64,000 nt of DNA, taken from NCBI GenBank assembly GCA_029941115.1, contig JAPYRK010000002.1, forward strand, positions 37,298 to 101,297, read 5' to 3'. The position numbers and the translations under genes were made by a program. Positions within the stretch are counted from its first letter, which is position 1. Each line of letters opens with the position of its first letter. A model generated the notes under the pieces. It ran no database searches, had not been told where the DNA came from, and saw only the letters and a program-made list of their open reading frames with translations. Origin of the DNA: Dehalococcoidia bacterium (GTDB taxonomy: Bacteria > Chloroflexota > Dehalococcoidia > UBA2979). Shown piece by piece: positions 1-9,883 of the stretch.

Positions 1-325
1 GAACCAGCACAATCGTAACTACTGCCGTGGCGAGAAGTACGCCCATTCCCTCGCTAAGACCGAAAACAGAGGTCGCCAAGGCGCCTGCTGTGGCGGCAAT
101 AGCCGTATTTGCCAGGTTGTTACCTAACAGTATTCCATTTAAAAGTCTCTTTGGTCGAGTTAAAAGCCTTTGAATCCTCCGTGCACTTATCTTATCCTTT
201 TCGGATCCGTCTTCGGCTAGGTAATCCAGCCTCGGTCGGGACATAGAAAGAAATGCTGTCTCCGAGGAAGAGAAAAAAGCCGACATTATCAAAAGTGCCA
301 AAAGAGCGGATAACTCTAACATCAT
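1..325 (-). CDS. N-terminal part of a CNNM/DUF21-domain (CorC/HlyC-like hemolysin family) membrane protein; truncated by window start
   Basis: Reverse-strand translation from ATG at 323-325 gives MMLELSALLALLIMSAFFSSSETAFLSMSRPRLDYLAEDG...LLGNNLANTAIAA. This is the typical DUF21 signature (SETA...GN.). The ORF runs off the window. Confidence 0.55.
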   Translation of the reverse strand, partial: MMLELSALLALLIMSAFFSSSETAFLSMSRPRLDYLAEDGSEKDKISARRIQRLLTRPKRLLNGILLGNNLANTAIAATAGALATSVFGLSEGMGVLLATAVVTIVLV

Positions 326-450
326 TTAATCAGTTACTTCTATCACTATTTTTTAACCAAAGCATTGTGCACAGCTCTGCTCTCTACCGAATTACATATC
401 TGAAACTGTAACAAATAACACAGCGCCTGTCCCCTTCGTTTACAGAGACA

Positions 451-1233
451 TCACCATCGACTCAACACTAGGTGGGTGTCAATTTTCTTTGATAAAACAA
501 TTGGAAATTCTCTTCTGGAAAAAAAAGAAGTCTCCGTGAGCGCGTTTGCAATAGCCTCGGCCGCATCTTGATAATCAGCCTTATGGACAACAACCGAAAA
601 TTCACAACTAATACGTTCAGCGATAACCCCATAAGTGCGCACTAAGACCTCGCTGATAGAAGTTGAATCTAGTTCTGTCAATCCACTCAAGCCTATTAAA
701 TCCAAAACCAATCTTATTTCATCTGGTCTGTGCACTGTTTCAGCAGTGATTGGAAGTCCGAGCGCATCGGCACCAACCAAACAAATCATGTGGGTAGTCG
801 AATCCGGCAATATCGGTTCTTCAAGTTTAGGTGCCTTGAATGGCCTCATCCTTGAGCCGTCAGCGTTGACAAGTACGGCAGCAACTTGCCTAAGCTGCGC
901 AAGCTGCGAAATCTGTCTACTATCAAGCGGACTAAATCGCCCTTTATCTCCGGGGTCGACGGAATTCGAAACCACTATAGTGCCTGGAGGAGGGACTGTA
1001 ATTCCTATGTTCATCGCATCTGTGAAAGACCACACTGCTGGAGTGGGTGTCCCAAGCGTAAATCGAGTCGTTCCGCAAATAATGATTGTGGCAGACAGAT
1101 CAGCTGCCATTGACGCAGCCAGTGAAAAAAGAATGGTGGTCTTCCCTCCTGCGCCTACTATAGAAATAACCGGGGTCTGATCACCTAGAGAATCTATATC
1201 AAGAAAATTATGTAAGGAATTATTAAGTTTCAA
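451..1233 (-). CDS. YqeC-like P-loop protein (putative selenium-dependent molybdenum hydroxylase accessory protein)
   Basis: 260 aa with N-terminal Walker A VGAGGKTT. Size and motif fit the YqeC family. It is divergent from a MobA/YgfJ-like gene. Confidence 0.45.
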   Translation of the reverse strand: MKLNNSLHNFLDIDSLGDQTPVISIVGAGGKTTILFSLAASMAADLSATIIICGTTRFTLGTPTPAVWSFTDAMNIGITVPPPGTIVVSNSVDPGDKGRFSPLDSRQISQLAQLRQVAAVLVNADGSRMRPFKAPKLEEPILPDSTTHMICLVGADALGLPITAETVHRPDEIRLVLDLIGLSGLTELDSTSISEVLVRTYGVIAERISCEFSVVVHKADYQDAAEAIANALTETSFFSRREFPIVLSKKIDTHLVLSRW

Positions 1234-1281
1234 TTCGAAGCACTCGCTAATCTAAAGTAGATTAATTAAGGATCCCAACTA

Positions 1282-1923
1282 ATGGCCGAAAAAATCATTC
1301 GCTCTGGAATAATACTAGCTGGTGGACGATCTCGGCGAATGGGAGTTGATAAGGCAAATTTAAAGTTCCACGATAAATCACTACTGGCGCATGTAACGTC
1401 CACCCTAAGCACGATCGAACGGCTTGAAGAAATATGTATAGTGAAAGCAAATAGACAGCAATTGCCTAATGACTTAACCGTTGATATTCCTACGGTGATA
1501 GTGGAAGATGAGATATCTGGCGAGGGACCACTAATTGGAATCGCTGCCGGTCTCAAAGCCACTAAAGGCAATATTTGTTTTATAGTTGCTGTCGATATGC
1601 CGTGGATTCAACAAAGCCTGCTTCTATATTTATCTCAAGTTCTGGAAACAGCCATCACAAATCAGCCAGAGAAAAATATAATGTGGGTTCTTCCAGAATC
1701 TAGTCACCCGCAACCATTGTGCTCGGTCATGCACCGCAACGCCCTGCCAATTATCGAAAGAGCAATTAGTAATTCTGCGCGTGCCCCTGGCCGTCTAGTT
1801 AAGGAACTAAATGCAATCAAAATAACGCGAGATAAGTGGATAACCTATGACCCCAACGAGCTCTCATTTCGTGACCTTGATACTCCAGCCGACTTAAAAA
1901 GGGCTTTAATAGAAAAAGCCTAG
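1282..1923 (+). CDS. MobA-like NTP transferase (molybdenum cofactor guanylyl/cytidylyltransferase, YgfJ-like)
   Basis: N-terminal GIILAGGRSRRMGVDKANL matches the MobA LAGGxSxRMGxDK motif; 213 aa. Confidence 0.7.
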   Translation: MAEKIIRSGIILAGGRSRRMGVDKANLKFHDKSLLAHVTSTLSTIERLEEICIVKANRQQLPNDLTVDIPTVIVEDEISGEGPLIGIAAGLKATKGNICFIVAVDMPWIQQSLLLYLSQVLETAITNQPEKNIMWVLPESSHPQPLCSVMHRNALPIIERAISNSARAPGRLVKELNAIKITRDKWITYDPNELSFRDLDTPADLKRALIEKA

Positions 1924-1933
1924 GAGCGTAGTT

Positions 1934-2944
1934 TCACAGCGCTCTCGCCGGATCAAATGAATTATCAAGAACATCCGAAACTTTGCTATCGGTATCTTCC
2001 TCGAACTGACCATTCAAATCATTGATCAATAATTGAGTAACAATAATCTTGTACGAAATAGTTAAGGGGGTAAGCGCAAAAAGGTATATTGGCATAATCA
2101 ATAGCAGCCCCGCAAACCCAATTAGAGATACGAACGGCAAGATAACTAAAAACTGAACTGATTCTACTATCAGTAACCAAAATGCAATGGTGCGAAAAAG
2201 CTTCCGAGCCCAGCTGAAAGACATGGAAAAATTTACCTTTAATCCAAATTTTTTGAAAATAATAAGAGGTAACCAGAAAAATGTCGTGTAGCTCCAGCTC
2301 AGCAAAATTATCTCGCCTAGCAGTAGTAGAAAACTACTCTCACCTGTACCAAAAAAAGTTGACATTCGCAACAAAACGGCCCAGTGGCTACCCGAAGCCA
2401 AGCTGATCGAAGGTAAATTCATTGTCTCACTTGCCTCAGATATTTCTATAGCAGCCCTACAATAGCTTGCAATTTCAGGCCATGAATCTATCGAAGTCAG
2501 GCTAATTGTGCCAAGAATAACTATATTCGCAATCACGGAATAGAAAATAATAGCAGGAGCTGCGGACATACTTATAAAAAAGACTTCTCTAAACTTAAAC
2601 TCTAAACCTCTATATTTTCGGATAAGTGCAGCAGCGAGCGAGCTTAGTGCGAAATTCCAGATGATTAGCCCGACCACGGATATGGCGCCAAATATGACTG
2701 CCACTGATGAACAAGAAATTTCTTCGTTTTCAACAGTATCTAGACCAGAAAACGCTGCCACAGAAAAAATTACTATAAAACTTGACACTACTATCCCGAC
2801 AACACCCAATGGCAACAGAACCAGTGTCTTAAGTTCGCTGCGTAACAACTTAATCGCATTGCTCAAGTTAGAGCGATGGCTCACGCGTGGACTGGGCTCC
2901 CTCGGCCGTTCGTCTTGAACTTGGTTATCTGAAAAATCATGCAC
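1934..2944 (-). CDS. polytopic membrane protein of unknown function
   Basis: 336 aa ORF with many hydrophobic helices; no recognisable catalytic motif. Confidence 0.45.
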   Translation of the reverse strand: MHDFSDNQVQDERPREPSPRVSHRSNLSNAIKLLRSELKTLVLLPLGVVGIVVSSFIVIFSVAAFSGLDTVENEEISCSSVAVIFGAISVVGLIIWNFALSSLAAALIRKYRGLEFKFREVFFISMSAAPAIIFYSVIANIVILGTISLTSIDSWPEIASYCRAAIEISEASETMNLPSISLASGSHWAVLLRMSTFFGTGESSFLLLLGEIILLSWSYTTFFWLPLIIFKKFGLKVNFSMSFSWARKLFRTIAFWLLIVESVQFLVILPFVSLIGFAGLLLIMPIYLFALTPLTISYKIIVTQLLINDLNGQFEEDTDSKVSDVLDNSFDPARAL

Positions 2945-3023
2945 CCGATAAGTCTAACCATATAGCTCTCTACCCAAGAGTATGTTCTAGACCCCAAATA
3001 GTGTTCACGGGTATCATTACAAC

Positions 3024-4142
3024 ATGAATCTTGTTATACCAGAGCTATTTACTTGGAAAGAAACTATCTATTCCCTGATAACGTTGTTGTGCTTTGCAAT
3101 TGCGGGCATCGTGATTTCTTGGGCAATAAATCGATACGTTCATAAATGGGTCGGTGGCACTTCAAATAATTACGACGATCTGATTTTACAAGCAGTTCGG
3201 GGTCCGATTACATGGGAGCTAATTCTCTTTGGATTGCTTTTCACCACTCAAACAACATCCTATATCGGCGATGTCGCAGCGGAGGCCACTTTCAGCGTTA
3301 TTCAAGCGCTGATGATAGTTGTTGCTGCCCTCGGGCTAAAAAATATAATTACCGGACTAATAGAGGAGTTTGCGACAAAACCCCAGTCGGCACCTGAGGA
3401 AGATTTCCAAATATCTGATCTAGTAGATGCGAAGGCTCTCCCCTTTTGGAGAAGACTCTTCAACGTCGTCATTATTTCGCTGGGTGTTCTCTTTGTTTTT
3501 CAGGCGCTTGGAGTCCAGATATCACCAATTCTTGCGGGGCTAGGAATTGGTGGGATCGCGGTAGCTCTCGCGATTCAACCCCTACTTTCAAACCTCATCG
3601 CCTCCTCCTTCATGCTGTCAGATTCCTCGCTCCGCGTTGGAGATTTGATCGAGATCGAAGGTACGACTTTTGGATACGTTGATGATATCGGCTGGCGAGC
3701 GACACGAGTCCGGACCTTTGACAACAATATAGTGATGATCCCAAACGCTACTCTCGCTAACTCAACAGTCACAAATTTTGATAGTACTGATCCCGCCGCT
3801 GACGCGCGCCTCGTTGTTGGTGTCGCATATGAAGTCGATCTGGACCACGTGGAACAAGTTTGTCGAGAAATCCTTGAATCTTTAAAAAGTGATTTTGTCG
3901 AAATCACAATTACTGAAAGAGATCCAGTCGTGATGTTCACTGCTTTCGGTGATTCAAATATCGATATTCTTCTAAAAATAAGGTCTAAAACTCTAGCCGA
4001 CTCTTACACCCTCAAACACGAACTGCTTAAGCGAACTCACAAGCGATTCCAAGAGGAAAATATCGTTATTAACTATCCAGCTCGTCGCCTCATCCTTGAA
4101 GAGGGCGATACGACCGGACTAATTAGATCACCAAATATGTAA
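3024..4142 (+). CDS. mechanosensitive ion channel (MscS family)
   Basis: N-terminal TM helices followed by a conserved MscS core (LAGLGIGGIAVALA...VGDLIEIEGTTGYV...RVRTFDNNIVMIPN). Confidence 0.8.
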   Translation: MNLVIPELFTWKETIYSLITLLCFAIAGIVISWAINRYVHKWVGGTSNNYDDLILQAVRGPITWELILFGLLFTTQTTSYIGDVAAEATFSVIQALMIVVAALGLKNIITGLIEEFATKPQSAPEEDFQISDLVDAKALPFWRRLFNVVIISLGVLFVFQALGVQISPILAGLGIGGIAVALAIQPLLSNLIASSFMLSDSSLRVGDLIEIEGTTFGYVDDIGWRATRVRTFDNNIVMIPNATLANSTVTNFDSTDPAADARLVVGVAYEVDLDHVEQVCREILESLKSDFVEITITERDPVVMFTAFGDSNIDILLKIRSKTLADSYTLKHELLKRTHKRFQEENIVINYPARRLILEEGDTTGLIRSPNM

Positions 4143-4160
4143 ACGAAATATTCCTAGCCT

Positions 4161-4673
4161 ATGTGCGAAAAAAGCTGGAGAGACTACCTCTACTTAAGTA
4201 ATGAGAATTTAGAAAAGTACTGTTCGATTGAGGCGTTCAGAGTGCCCGGCCCCGGCGGTCAGAAAAAGAATGTGACCAATTCAGCTGTTCGAATAAAACT
4301 GAAAAACAATAAAGAAATTGAAGCTATTGCATCAGAATCGAGGTCACAACACCAGAACAAACTCAAAGCTATAAAACGCCTTAGGCTAGCAATAGCAGTG
4401 AAACTAAGATCTGATGTAGCAAGCACAGCTCTAGACGATCTACAAAAAAATAATTACCTATTAATCAATCCAAAGAATTCAATGTTTCCAATTACCACTG
4501 CGATCCTCTTCGATCTACTCGAATCGAAAGCCTGGGATCATCAACGATTGGCCAGAGATTTTAACATCAGAATAAATCCTTTGATTCGTACTTTAAAAAA
4601 AGACCGTACAGTGTGGCGAGCCTTGACCGAGGAGAAAAGCAAGACTAATCTTCGTCATTCCGGAAATTCTTGA
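4161..4673 (+). CDS. RF-1 domain / GGQ-motif peptidyl-tRNA hydrolase (ArfB-like ribosome rescue factor)
   Basis: GPGGQKKNVTNSAVRIKL matches the GGQ region of ArfB/YaeJ; basic C-terminal tail; 170 aa. Confidence 0.55.
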   Translation: MCEKSWRDYLYLSNENLEKYCSIEAFRVPGPGGQKKNVTNSAVRIKLKNNKEIEAIASESRSQHQNKLKAIKRLRLAIAVKLRSDVASTALDDLQKNNYLLINPKNSMFPITTAILFDLLESKAWDHQRLARDFNIRINPLIRTLKKDRTVWRALTEEKSKTNLRHSGNS

Positions 4674-4738
4674 AGCCAAATACAGCTTTTTGTATTAGTA
4701 AAGGGTATTCTTGTAAGAGAGAAAAGGACTTCTGAACA

Positions 4739-5800
4739 ATGCCTAAAGTGCAATTAGTTGGTGCAACGGGATATGGCGGCTTGGGGATGCTGGAATTAAT
4801 TCTTGCACACCCGGACTTTGAAATTAGTGGTCTAGTTGCACGAGACGTCAGATCTGGTCGAAAAATTTCTGACATCTATCCCCACCTTGTTGGAAGGTGC
4901 GATCTCGAAATTACAACTGTGGACCAAGTAAACATAGGCGACGACGCCGATATAGTTGTTTTCTCTACACCTGATGGTGTCTCACAACAGTACGCAGAGA
5001 ATTTATATGATAAAAAAATTCGATTTATTGACTACTCGGGAGATTTTCGATTCGAGTCTCAAGTGGATTATGCAAGCTATGCTGGAAAGCATCCTTCAAT
5101 CCAAAATGCCGTCCACCAAACACCGAGCTTGCTAAACGCTGCGGCATACGGGGTCTCTGAACTGAATCAACAGGCAATCTCAAATTCAACTATAGTCGGC
5201 AATCCAGGATGCTTCGCTATTGGCATTATTTTAGGACTAGCTCCTCTTTTTAAGCAGAATCTAGTTACGGAGCAAACCGCATCAGTGGATGGATTAACAG
5301 GCTCTTCTGGTGCCGGGAAAAAACCTGCACCGTTACAACATTTTTCACACCTTAATGATAATGTAATCCCCTATCGCGTCATGTCCCATCAACATACAGT
5401 TGAAGCGGAAATAACCTTAGGGCATCTTGGTAACGGCTCACGAGCTACTATAGATTTTATTCCCCACCTTCTGGGAACCACTAGAGGAATACTCAACACC
5501 ATGCATATCAGTTTGAACAAAACTTTAACTCGAGAGAATTTGCTAAGTATTCTCGGCGAATTTTACCGCAATAATGAGTTTGTCAGAGTTCTAGAGACCG
5601 CACCAACTCTCAAGGACACCATCTCATCAAATTACTGTGATATATCTGGATTTATCTCTGATGATGGTAAGCGTGCTGTAATTATCACAAGTATTGATAA
5701 TTTAATGAAGGGTCAATCAGGATCGGCGCTGCAAAACATGAATCTTATGTTTGGCTACAAAGAAAAAACTGGGCTCGAACGGGGACCACTCTACCCATAA
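4739..5800 (+). CDS. argC: N-acetyl-gamma-glutamyl-phosphate reductase
   Basis: N-terminal GATGYGG Rossmann motif and the NPGC(F/Y) active-site cysteine region. Confidence 0.8.
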   Translation: MPKVQLVGATGYGGLGMLELILAHPDFEISGLVARDVRSGRKISDIYPHLVGRCDLEITTVDQVNIGDDADIVVFSTPDGVSQQYAENLYDKKIRFIDYSGDFRFESQVDYASYAGKHPSIQNAVHQTPSLLNAAAYGVSELNQQAISNSTIVGNPGCFAIGIILGLAPLFKQNLVTEQTASVDGLTGSSGAGKKPAPLQHFSHLNDNVIPYRVMSHQHTVEAEITLGHLGNGSRATIDFIPHLLGTTRGILNTMHISLNKTLTRENLLSILGEFYRNNEFVRVLETAPTLKDTISSNYCDISGFISDDGKRAVIITSIDNLMKGQSGSALQNMNLMFGYKEKTGLERGPLYP

Positions 5801-5858
5801 ACATAAAAGTCATGAAACCATAATATTGACAGCTTACAGAAGCCGCTAACATAGGCAT

Positions 5859-7298
5859 ATGGCACTACCCCCACAATTTGACCAGCCAGCTGGCGACCTC
5901 ACAAAGCGAATAGATACCGCTATTGATATTGGCCAAGCAAAATTATTTCGAGTTCTTTGGTTCGCGCTGCCACCTCAATCAATCGCTCGGAATTTAGGCT
6001 TTCAAGCTTTACTAGTTTCCCGCTTTCTCTCAGATATTGCATTACAAGCATTATTGTTTGCAGCACTGATTAATTCAGCGCAAAATCAAGGCGATGAAGG
6101 TGATGCGGCCTTGATAGGCATATGCTTCCTTCTGCCGGGATTGGTTCTGGGCCTATGGGGCGGAGCTGTCGCTGATGCTCTGCCCAAACGACTGGTCCTC
6201 ACCATTGCTTATCTACTAATGGGATCAATATGCTTCATATTACCTATCAGTTTTGGAGTGAACTCTACAAGTCTTCTTATGGTTCTCTTACTTGTCCGAG
6301 TTCTCCACCAAATTACCCAACCAGCCGAAGCTTCTGCTGCGCCACTGGTCGCGAATGATGAAGAGTTAGCTTCGGCAAATTCCTTCTTATCACTTAGCTC
6401 ATCGGCTGGCGAAGTACTGGGAAAAGCCATACTAGCACCCATATTTATTAGTGTTTGGGGCCTCAATTCAGTCACCCTGATGGCGGGAATATTATTCCTA
6501 CTATCATCGCTTCGGATTACGAGGTTTACCCCGAACTCGGACGTGGTCCTAAATAAAAGAAATGACGCGAATCAGAGAAAAAAGCCTGAACAATCTACCG
6601 AAGCTACTTCACGTAGTATGCAGTTTTCAACTCATCAGAAATATACTAGTCTCGACGCGGTTAGGTGGCTGTTTTCTGAAAAAGACACGCTATTGATGCT
6701 TTTGTTGGCCGCGATGGCTTCTACTGTCGGGGTGGTTCTGACGATTTTAGGACCCAAATATGTAATCAGTGCTCTCGGGGTACCACCAGAGTACGCATTT
6801 TATGTATTTGCACCGGCATCCCTCGGAGTCATAGCAGGAATGTTGATAGCACCTAAACTAATACATGCATTTTCTGAGAACTCTGTTGGAATGCTAGGTT
6901 TTCTTCTTGTTGCGCTTGGTGTCTCATCGCTGGGCCAAATAGAAGCTGCTAACAATTTAGCTCAACTTTTTTTAATAGTTGATATCCCACGGATTAACGA
7001 TCAGACTGAAACTGCCGGAGCCTTATCTCTATTCATCGGCTTGGGAATAACACTAGCAGCAGCAGCCACTCAAACTTACATCGGTAAATTTGTACCAATT
7101 GTAATTCATGGGAGAATATTCGCACTACTAGGAGTGTTAAAAGACGGACTGGCGATACCACAACTAATAGCTATCGGCATCTTGGCCAACTTTATCGGCG
7201 TTGAGAATGTTCTTACATTTGCCCCAATAGCGATCCTAGTCGTAGCTGGCACCTTTCTTTTCATAACTAGACAGAATCGATTTAGAAAAAATAACTAA
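5859..7298 (+). CDS. MFS transporter
   Basis: 479 aa, about 12 predicted TM segments, typical MFS architecture. Confidence 0.65.
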   Translation: MALPPQFDQPAGDLTKRIDTAIDIGQAKLFRVLWFALPPQSIARNLGFQALLVSRFLSDIALQALLFAALINSAQNQGDEGDAALIGICFLLPGLVLGLWGGAVADALPKRLVLTIAYLLMGSICFILPISFGVNSTSLLMVLLLVRVLHQITQPAEASAAPLVANDEELASANSFLSLSSSAGEVLGKAILAPIFISVWGLNSVTLMAGILFLLSSLRITRFTPNSDVVLNKRNDANQRKKPEQSTEATSRSMQFSTHQKYTSLDAVRWLFSEKDTLLMLLLAAMASTVGVVLTILGPKYVISALGVPPEYAFYVFAPASLGVIAGMLIAPKLIHAFSENSVGMLGFLLVALGVSSLGQIEAANNLAQLFLIVDIPRINDQTETAGALSLFIGLGITLAAAATQTYIGKFVPIVIHGRIFALLGVLKDGLAIPQLIAIGILANFIGVENVLTFAPIAILVVAGTFLFITRQNRFRKNN

Positions 7299-7362
7299 AT
7301 TCAAGTGGACGGGTTAACCTCTGTAAAGATAAAACCTGTGCGCCCATGGTGAATTAATTCAT

Positions 7363-8922
7363 ATGCCTGAAAACTTAGTCACTGATCCATCTTACCAAGC
7401 GACGAAGAAAAAGCCCCTTATCTACTACGGTTACTGGATAACTATGGGTGCGTTTTTTGCTCAGCTAGTCTCCGTAGGAACACAAAATGGCGTGACGAGC
7501 ACGATGCTTGACTCAATGAGTAATGAGTTCGATTGGGAAAGATCTCAGTTTTTACTGGGACAAACCGGATCCCGTATAACGATGGCCTTCGTAGGATTCA
7601 TTATTGGTGGATGGATAGACAAATGGGGTGGGCGACCCTTGATGGTAGCCGGAGTTACTATCGTCGGGCTATCAATGTTTCTCACTAGTGCCATCAGAGA
7701 TATCACTTTTCTGGGAAAAGAAATTTCACCTCTAACCCAGTGGCTCATTCTTCGGTCGGTGACATTCACCGTAGGCGCAGCAATGATTGGAAACCTAGTA
7801 GTCAACGTAACTCTAGCCAAATGGTGGGTTGGAAGACGCGGCCTCATGATAGCTTCGGCTGCGACCGGTGTATCCATAGCCGGAGTAATCTACCCATTGC
7901 TAACGGCAACTATTATCGAAACCTGGGGCTGGCGAGAAGCGTGGCAAGTGCATGCGGTTATCGCTTGGATCATCGTCTATCTAGCGGCGATGGTAATGAG
8001 ACGGCAGCCTGAAGACTATGGGTTAAATCCGGATAATCGTACCGCCCAAGAAATGCAAGAAGCATCCGGATCTCTGGTTCGTGCGGACTTCGAAAACTCG
8101 TTCACGCGAGCTGAAGCGCTGCGCACACCCTCACTTTACTTGCTAGTATTGGCTTTCGGAACGGCTGGCATCGGCATAACCGTGGCTCTTTCACTGCTGG
8201 TTCCTCTTGCTACAGACGCTGGATTTTCACTAATGGTTGCGGCCACGCTCACCGCAACAATGTCGCTGTGGGCAGCACTCTCGAAACCTTTTTGGGGCTA
8301 TATGATCGATCACTTCGATCCCAAGAAACTAGCCTGTCTGGGGTTCACGGTCGCCGGTATTGGTTTCTTGGTCGTAGCTTTCGGAAGTCAAATGCCTGAC
8401 CAGCCAACAGTAAACTACCCAATCGAGTTTTGGAAATTCAGAGGGGAGCTACCTTTAATACTTCTATTGGGCTGCACCTTGATTGGCGTGGGATTTGGAG
8501 GGCAAATCCCCCTACAAGAGACAATCTGGGGTTCATTCTTTGGGAGACGATACCTTGGTGCCGTGAGAAGTGTAGGTATGCCTTTCTCAATTCTTTTTGG
8601 CGCCGTCGCAGCGCCAGGTGCGGCTTATTGGGCGGAAGTTCGAGGAGGTCTTGATGCCCCATTTATTGCGACAGCTATATGTTGGTTTGTCGGAGCTGTA
8701 CTGGTCTTATTTATTCCAAAGCCATCAAAAAACGTCGAAACATCTGAAAGTAAAACCGATACGGTAAATCCAAATATCAACATCTTAGGATCTGAAGACA
8801 CTATTACTGAATTCACTGCACCCGAGAGAGAATCTCCTATTTCAAGCTCCGACCGAACGCAGCTATCTCGATTATCAGAGCGAAATCGTAAACACAGGAA
8901 CTACATGGGTAGGAAAGACTGA
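7363..8922 (+). CDS. MFS transporter
   Basis: 519 aa polytopic membrane protein with an MFS-like repeat of TM helices. Confidence 0.65.
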   Translation: MPENLVTDPSYQATKKKPLIYYGYWITMGAFFAQLVSVGTQNGVTSTMLDSMSNEFDWERSQFLLGQTGSRITMAFVGFIIGGWIDKWGGRPLMVAGVTIVGLSMFLTSAIRDITFLGKEISPLTQWLILRSVTFTVGAAMIGNLVVNVTLAKWWVGRRGLMIASAATGVSIAGVIYPLLTATIIETWGWREAWQVHAVIAWIIVYLAAMVMRRQPEDYGLNPDNRTAQEMQEASGSLVRADFENSFTRAEALRTPSLYLLVLAFGTAGIGITVALSLLVPLATDAGFSLMVAATLTATMSLWAALSKPFWGYMIDHFDPKKLACLGFTVAGIGFLVVAFGSQMPDQPTVNYPIEFWKFRGELPLILLLGCTLIGVGFGGQIPLQETIWGSFFGRRYLGAVRSVGMPFSILFGAVAAPGAAYWAEVRGGLDAPFIATAICWFVGAVLVLFIPKPSKNVETSESKTDTVNPNINILGSEDTITEFTAPERESPISSSDRTQLSRLSERNRKHRNYMGRKD

Positions 8923-8934
8923 ATATCAGACAAA

Positions 8935-8960
8935 AATATTGTTTCTATAGAAACAATATT
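8935..8960. repeat. perfect 26-bp AT-rich palindrome AATATTGTTTCTA|TAGAAACAATATT
   Basis: Read directly from the sequence; the arms are exact reverse complements. It lies between the MFS gene stop (8922) and the PPOX-family gene start (9016). Confidence 0.6.
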
Positions 8961-9015
8961 ATGAACAAGCTATTATTAAGTATCTCTAAAACTCAGAAAC
9001 AGGACCGAGGAAACT

Positions 9016-9489
9016 ATGCCTAGCAGAAGAAACGCGATCGCGTTAACCCCACAAGAAATCAGAACGCTTATGGAAACTGAACGAGTAGTCCAGGTCGCAA
9101 GCATCAATCCGGATGGAACGCCCCATCTCGCACCAATGTGGTTTGTGTTAGGTGATGATGACAGCATATCCTTCACCACGTACGGACGGTCTCAAAAAAT
9201 CAAGAATCTAGAAAGAGATAGTCGGGTTACATTGTTAGCTGAGGCGGGTCATGAATATAATGAGATAACAGGGGTTTCCATTGATGGCATAGCAGAGGTC
9301 ATTCGTGAACCGAAACAAACTGCTAATATCATGAGATTAGTTGGCCTGAAGCACAGCGATCAAATGACCAATCGAACGATTGATACTAACTCCGATAGTG
9401 ATGAAGAGCTTCCGCCTGTGGCCTACAAACGAGTTGTTGTCAAAATCACTCCAAAGCGTTACCGATCGTGGGATCATGGCAAGGTTTAA
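9016..9489 (+). CDS. pyridoxamine 5'-phosphate oxidase family FMN-binding protein
   Basis: 157 aa; N-terminal region (ERVVQVASINPDGTPHLAPMWF) is typical of the PPOX/split-barrel fold. Confidence 0.6.
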   Translation: MPSRRNAIALTPQEIRTLMETERVVQVASINPDGTPHLAPMWFVLGDDDSISFTTYGRSQKIKNLERDSRVTLLAEAGHEYNEITGVSIDGIAEVIREPKQTANIMRLVGLKHSDQMTNRTIDTNSDSDEELPPVAYKRVVVKITPKRYRSWDHGKV

Positions 9490-9777
9490 ATGCCCGCTGA
9501 GCTAGGGGCTAAGTCCGACGTCGCAATAGATAACAAATTAAGCTCGTTAAATCCAGTAGCGCTTGTCCTACACGATGATGATATTAATTCAATGGATCAC
9601 GTAGTTCAGACGCTAGTTTCAAATATCCCTGAAATTACATTGGAAGAAGCGCTCGAAAAAATGCTCAAAGCACACAACTTTGGAGCTGTAATTCTGGTGA
9701 AATGTCCTCTCGAACGAGCAGAACTTTATCAGCAACGCCTAACAAAAAATAATTTGATAACGACTATCCAAGCCTAA
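9490..9777 (+). CDS. clpS: ATP-dependent Clp protease adaptor ClpS
   Basis: 95 aa; VLHDDDINSMDHVVQTL...KMLKAHNFGAVILVK...ERAE matches the ClpS core. The start codon directly abuts the upstream stop. Confidence 0.7.
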   Translation: MPAELGAKSDVAIDNKLSSLNPVALVLHDDDINSMDHVVQTLVSNIPEITLEEALEKMLKAHNFGAVILVKCPLERAELYQQRLTKNNLITTIQA

Positions 9778-9810
9778 GATATCCTTTGCACATATTGCTA
9801 GCTAACCAAC

Positions 9811-9841
9811 TTGACCATATTCCTGATTGAGTAGTTACAAT
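9811..9841 (+). promoter_or_regulatory. candidate sigma70-like promoter (TTGACC ... TACAAT) upstream of the MaoC dehydratase pair
   Basis: TTGACC at 9811-9816 and TACAAT at 9836-9841 (spacer 18-19 nt), about 45 nt upstream of the ATG at 9884. Confidence 0.3.
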
Positions 9842-9883
9842 CTGACGGTAGATGTTAAAACCTATTTATGGAAGGGGTACAAA

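Noticed and set aside
635-1180. 181-aa ORF antisense to the YqeC-like gene
   Set aside because: It is fully embedded on the opposite strand of a better-supported ORF, has low-complexity Ser/Thr-rich composition and no motif. It is most likely spurious.
3212-3940. Nested ORFs (61, 78 and 121 aa) inside the MscS gene in other frames
   Set aside because: They are fully contained within a strongly supported CDS with no independent signals. They are frame-shadow ORFs.
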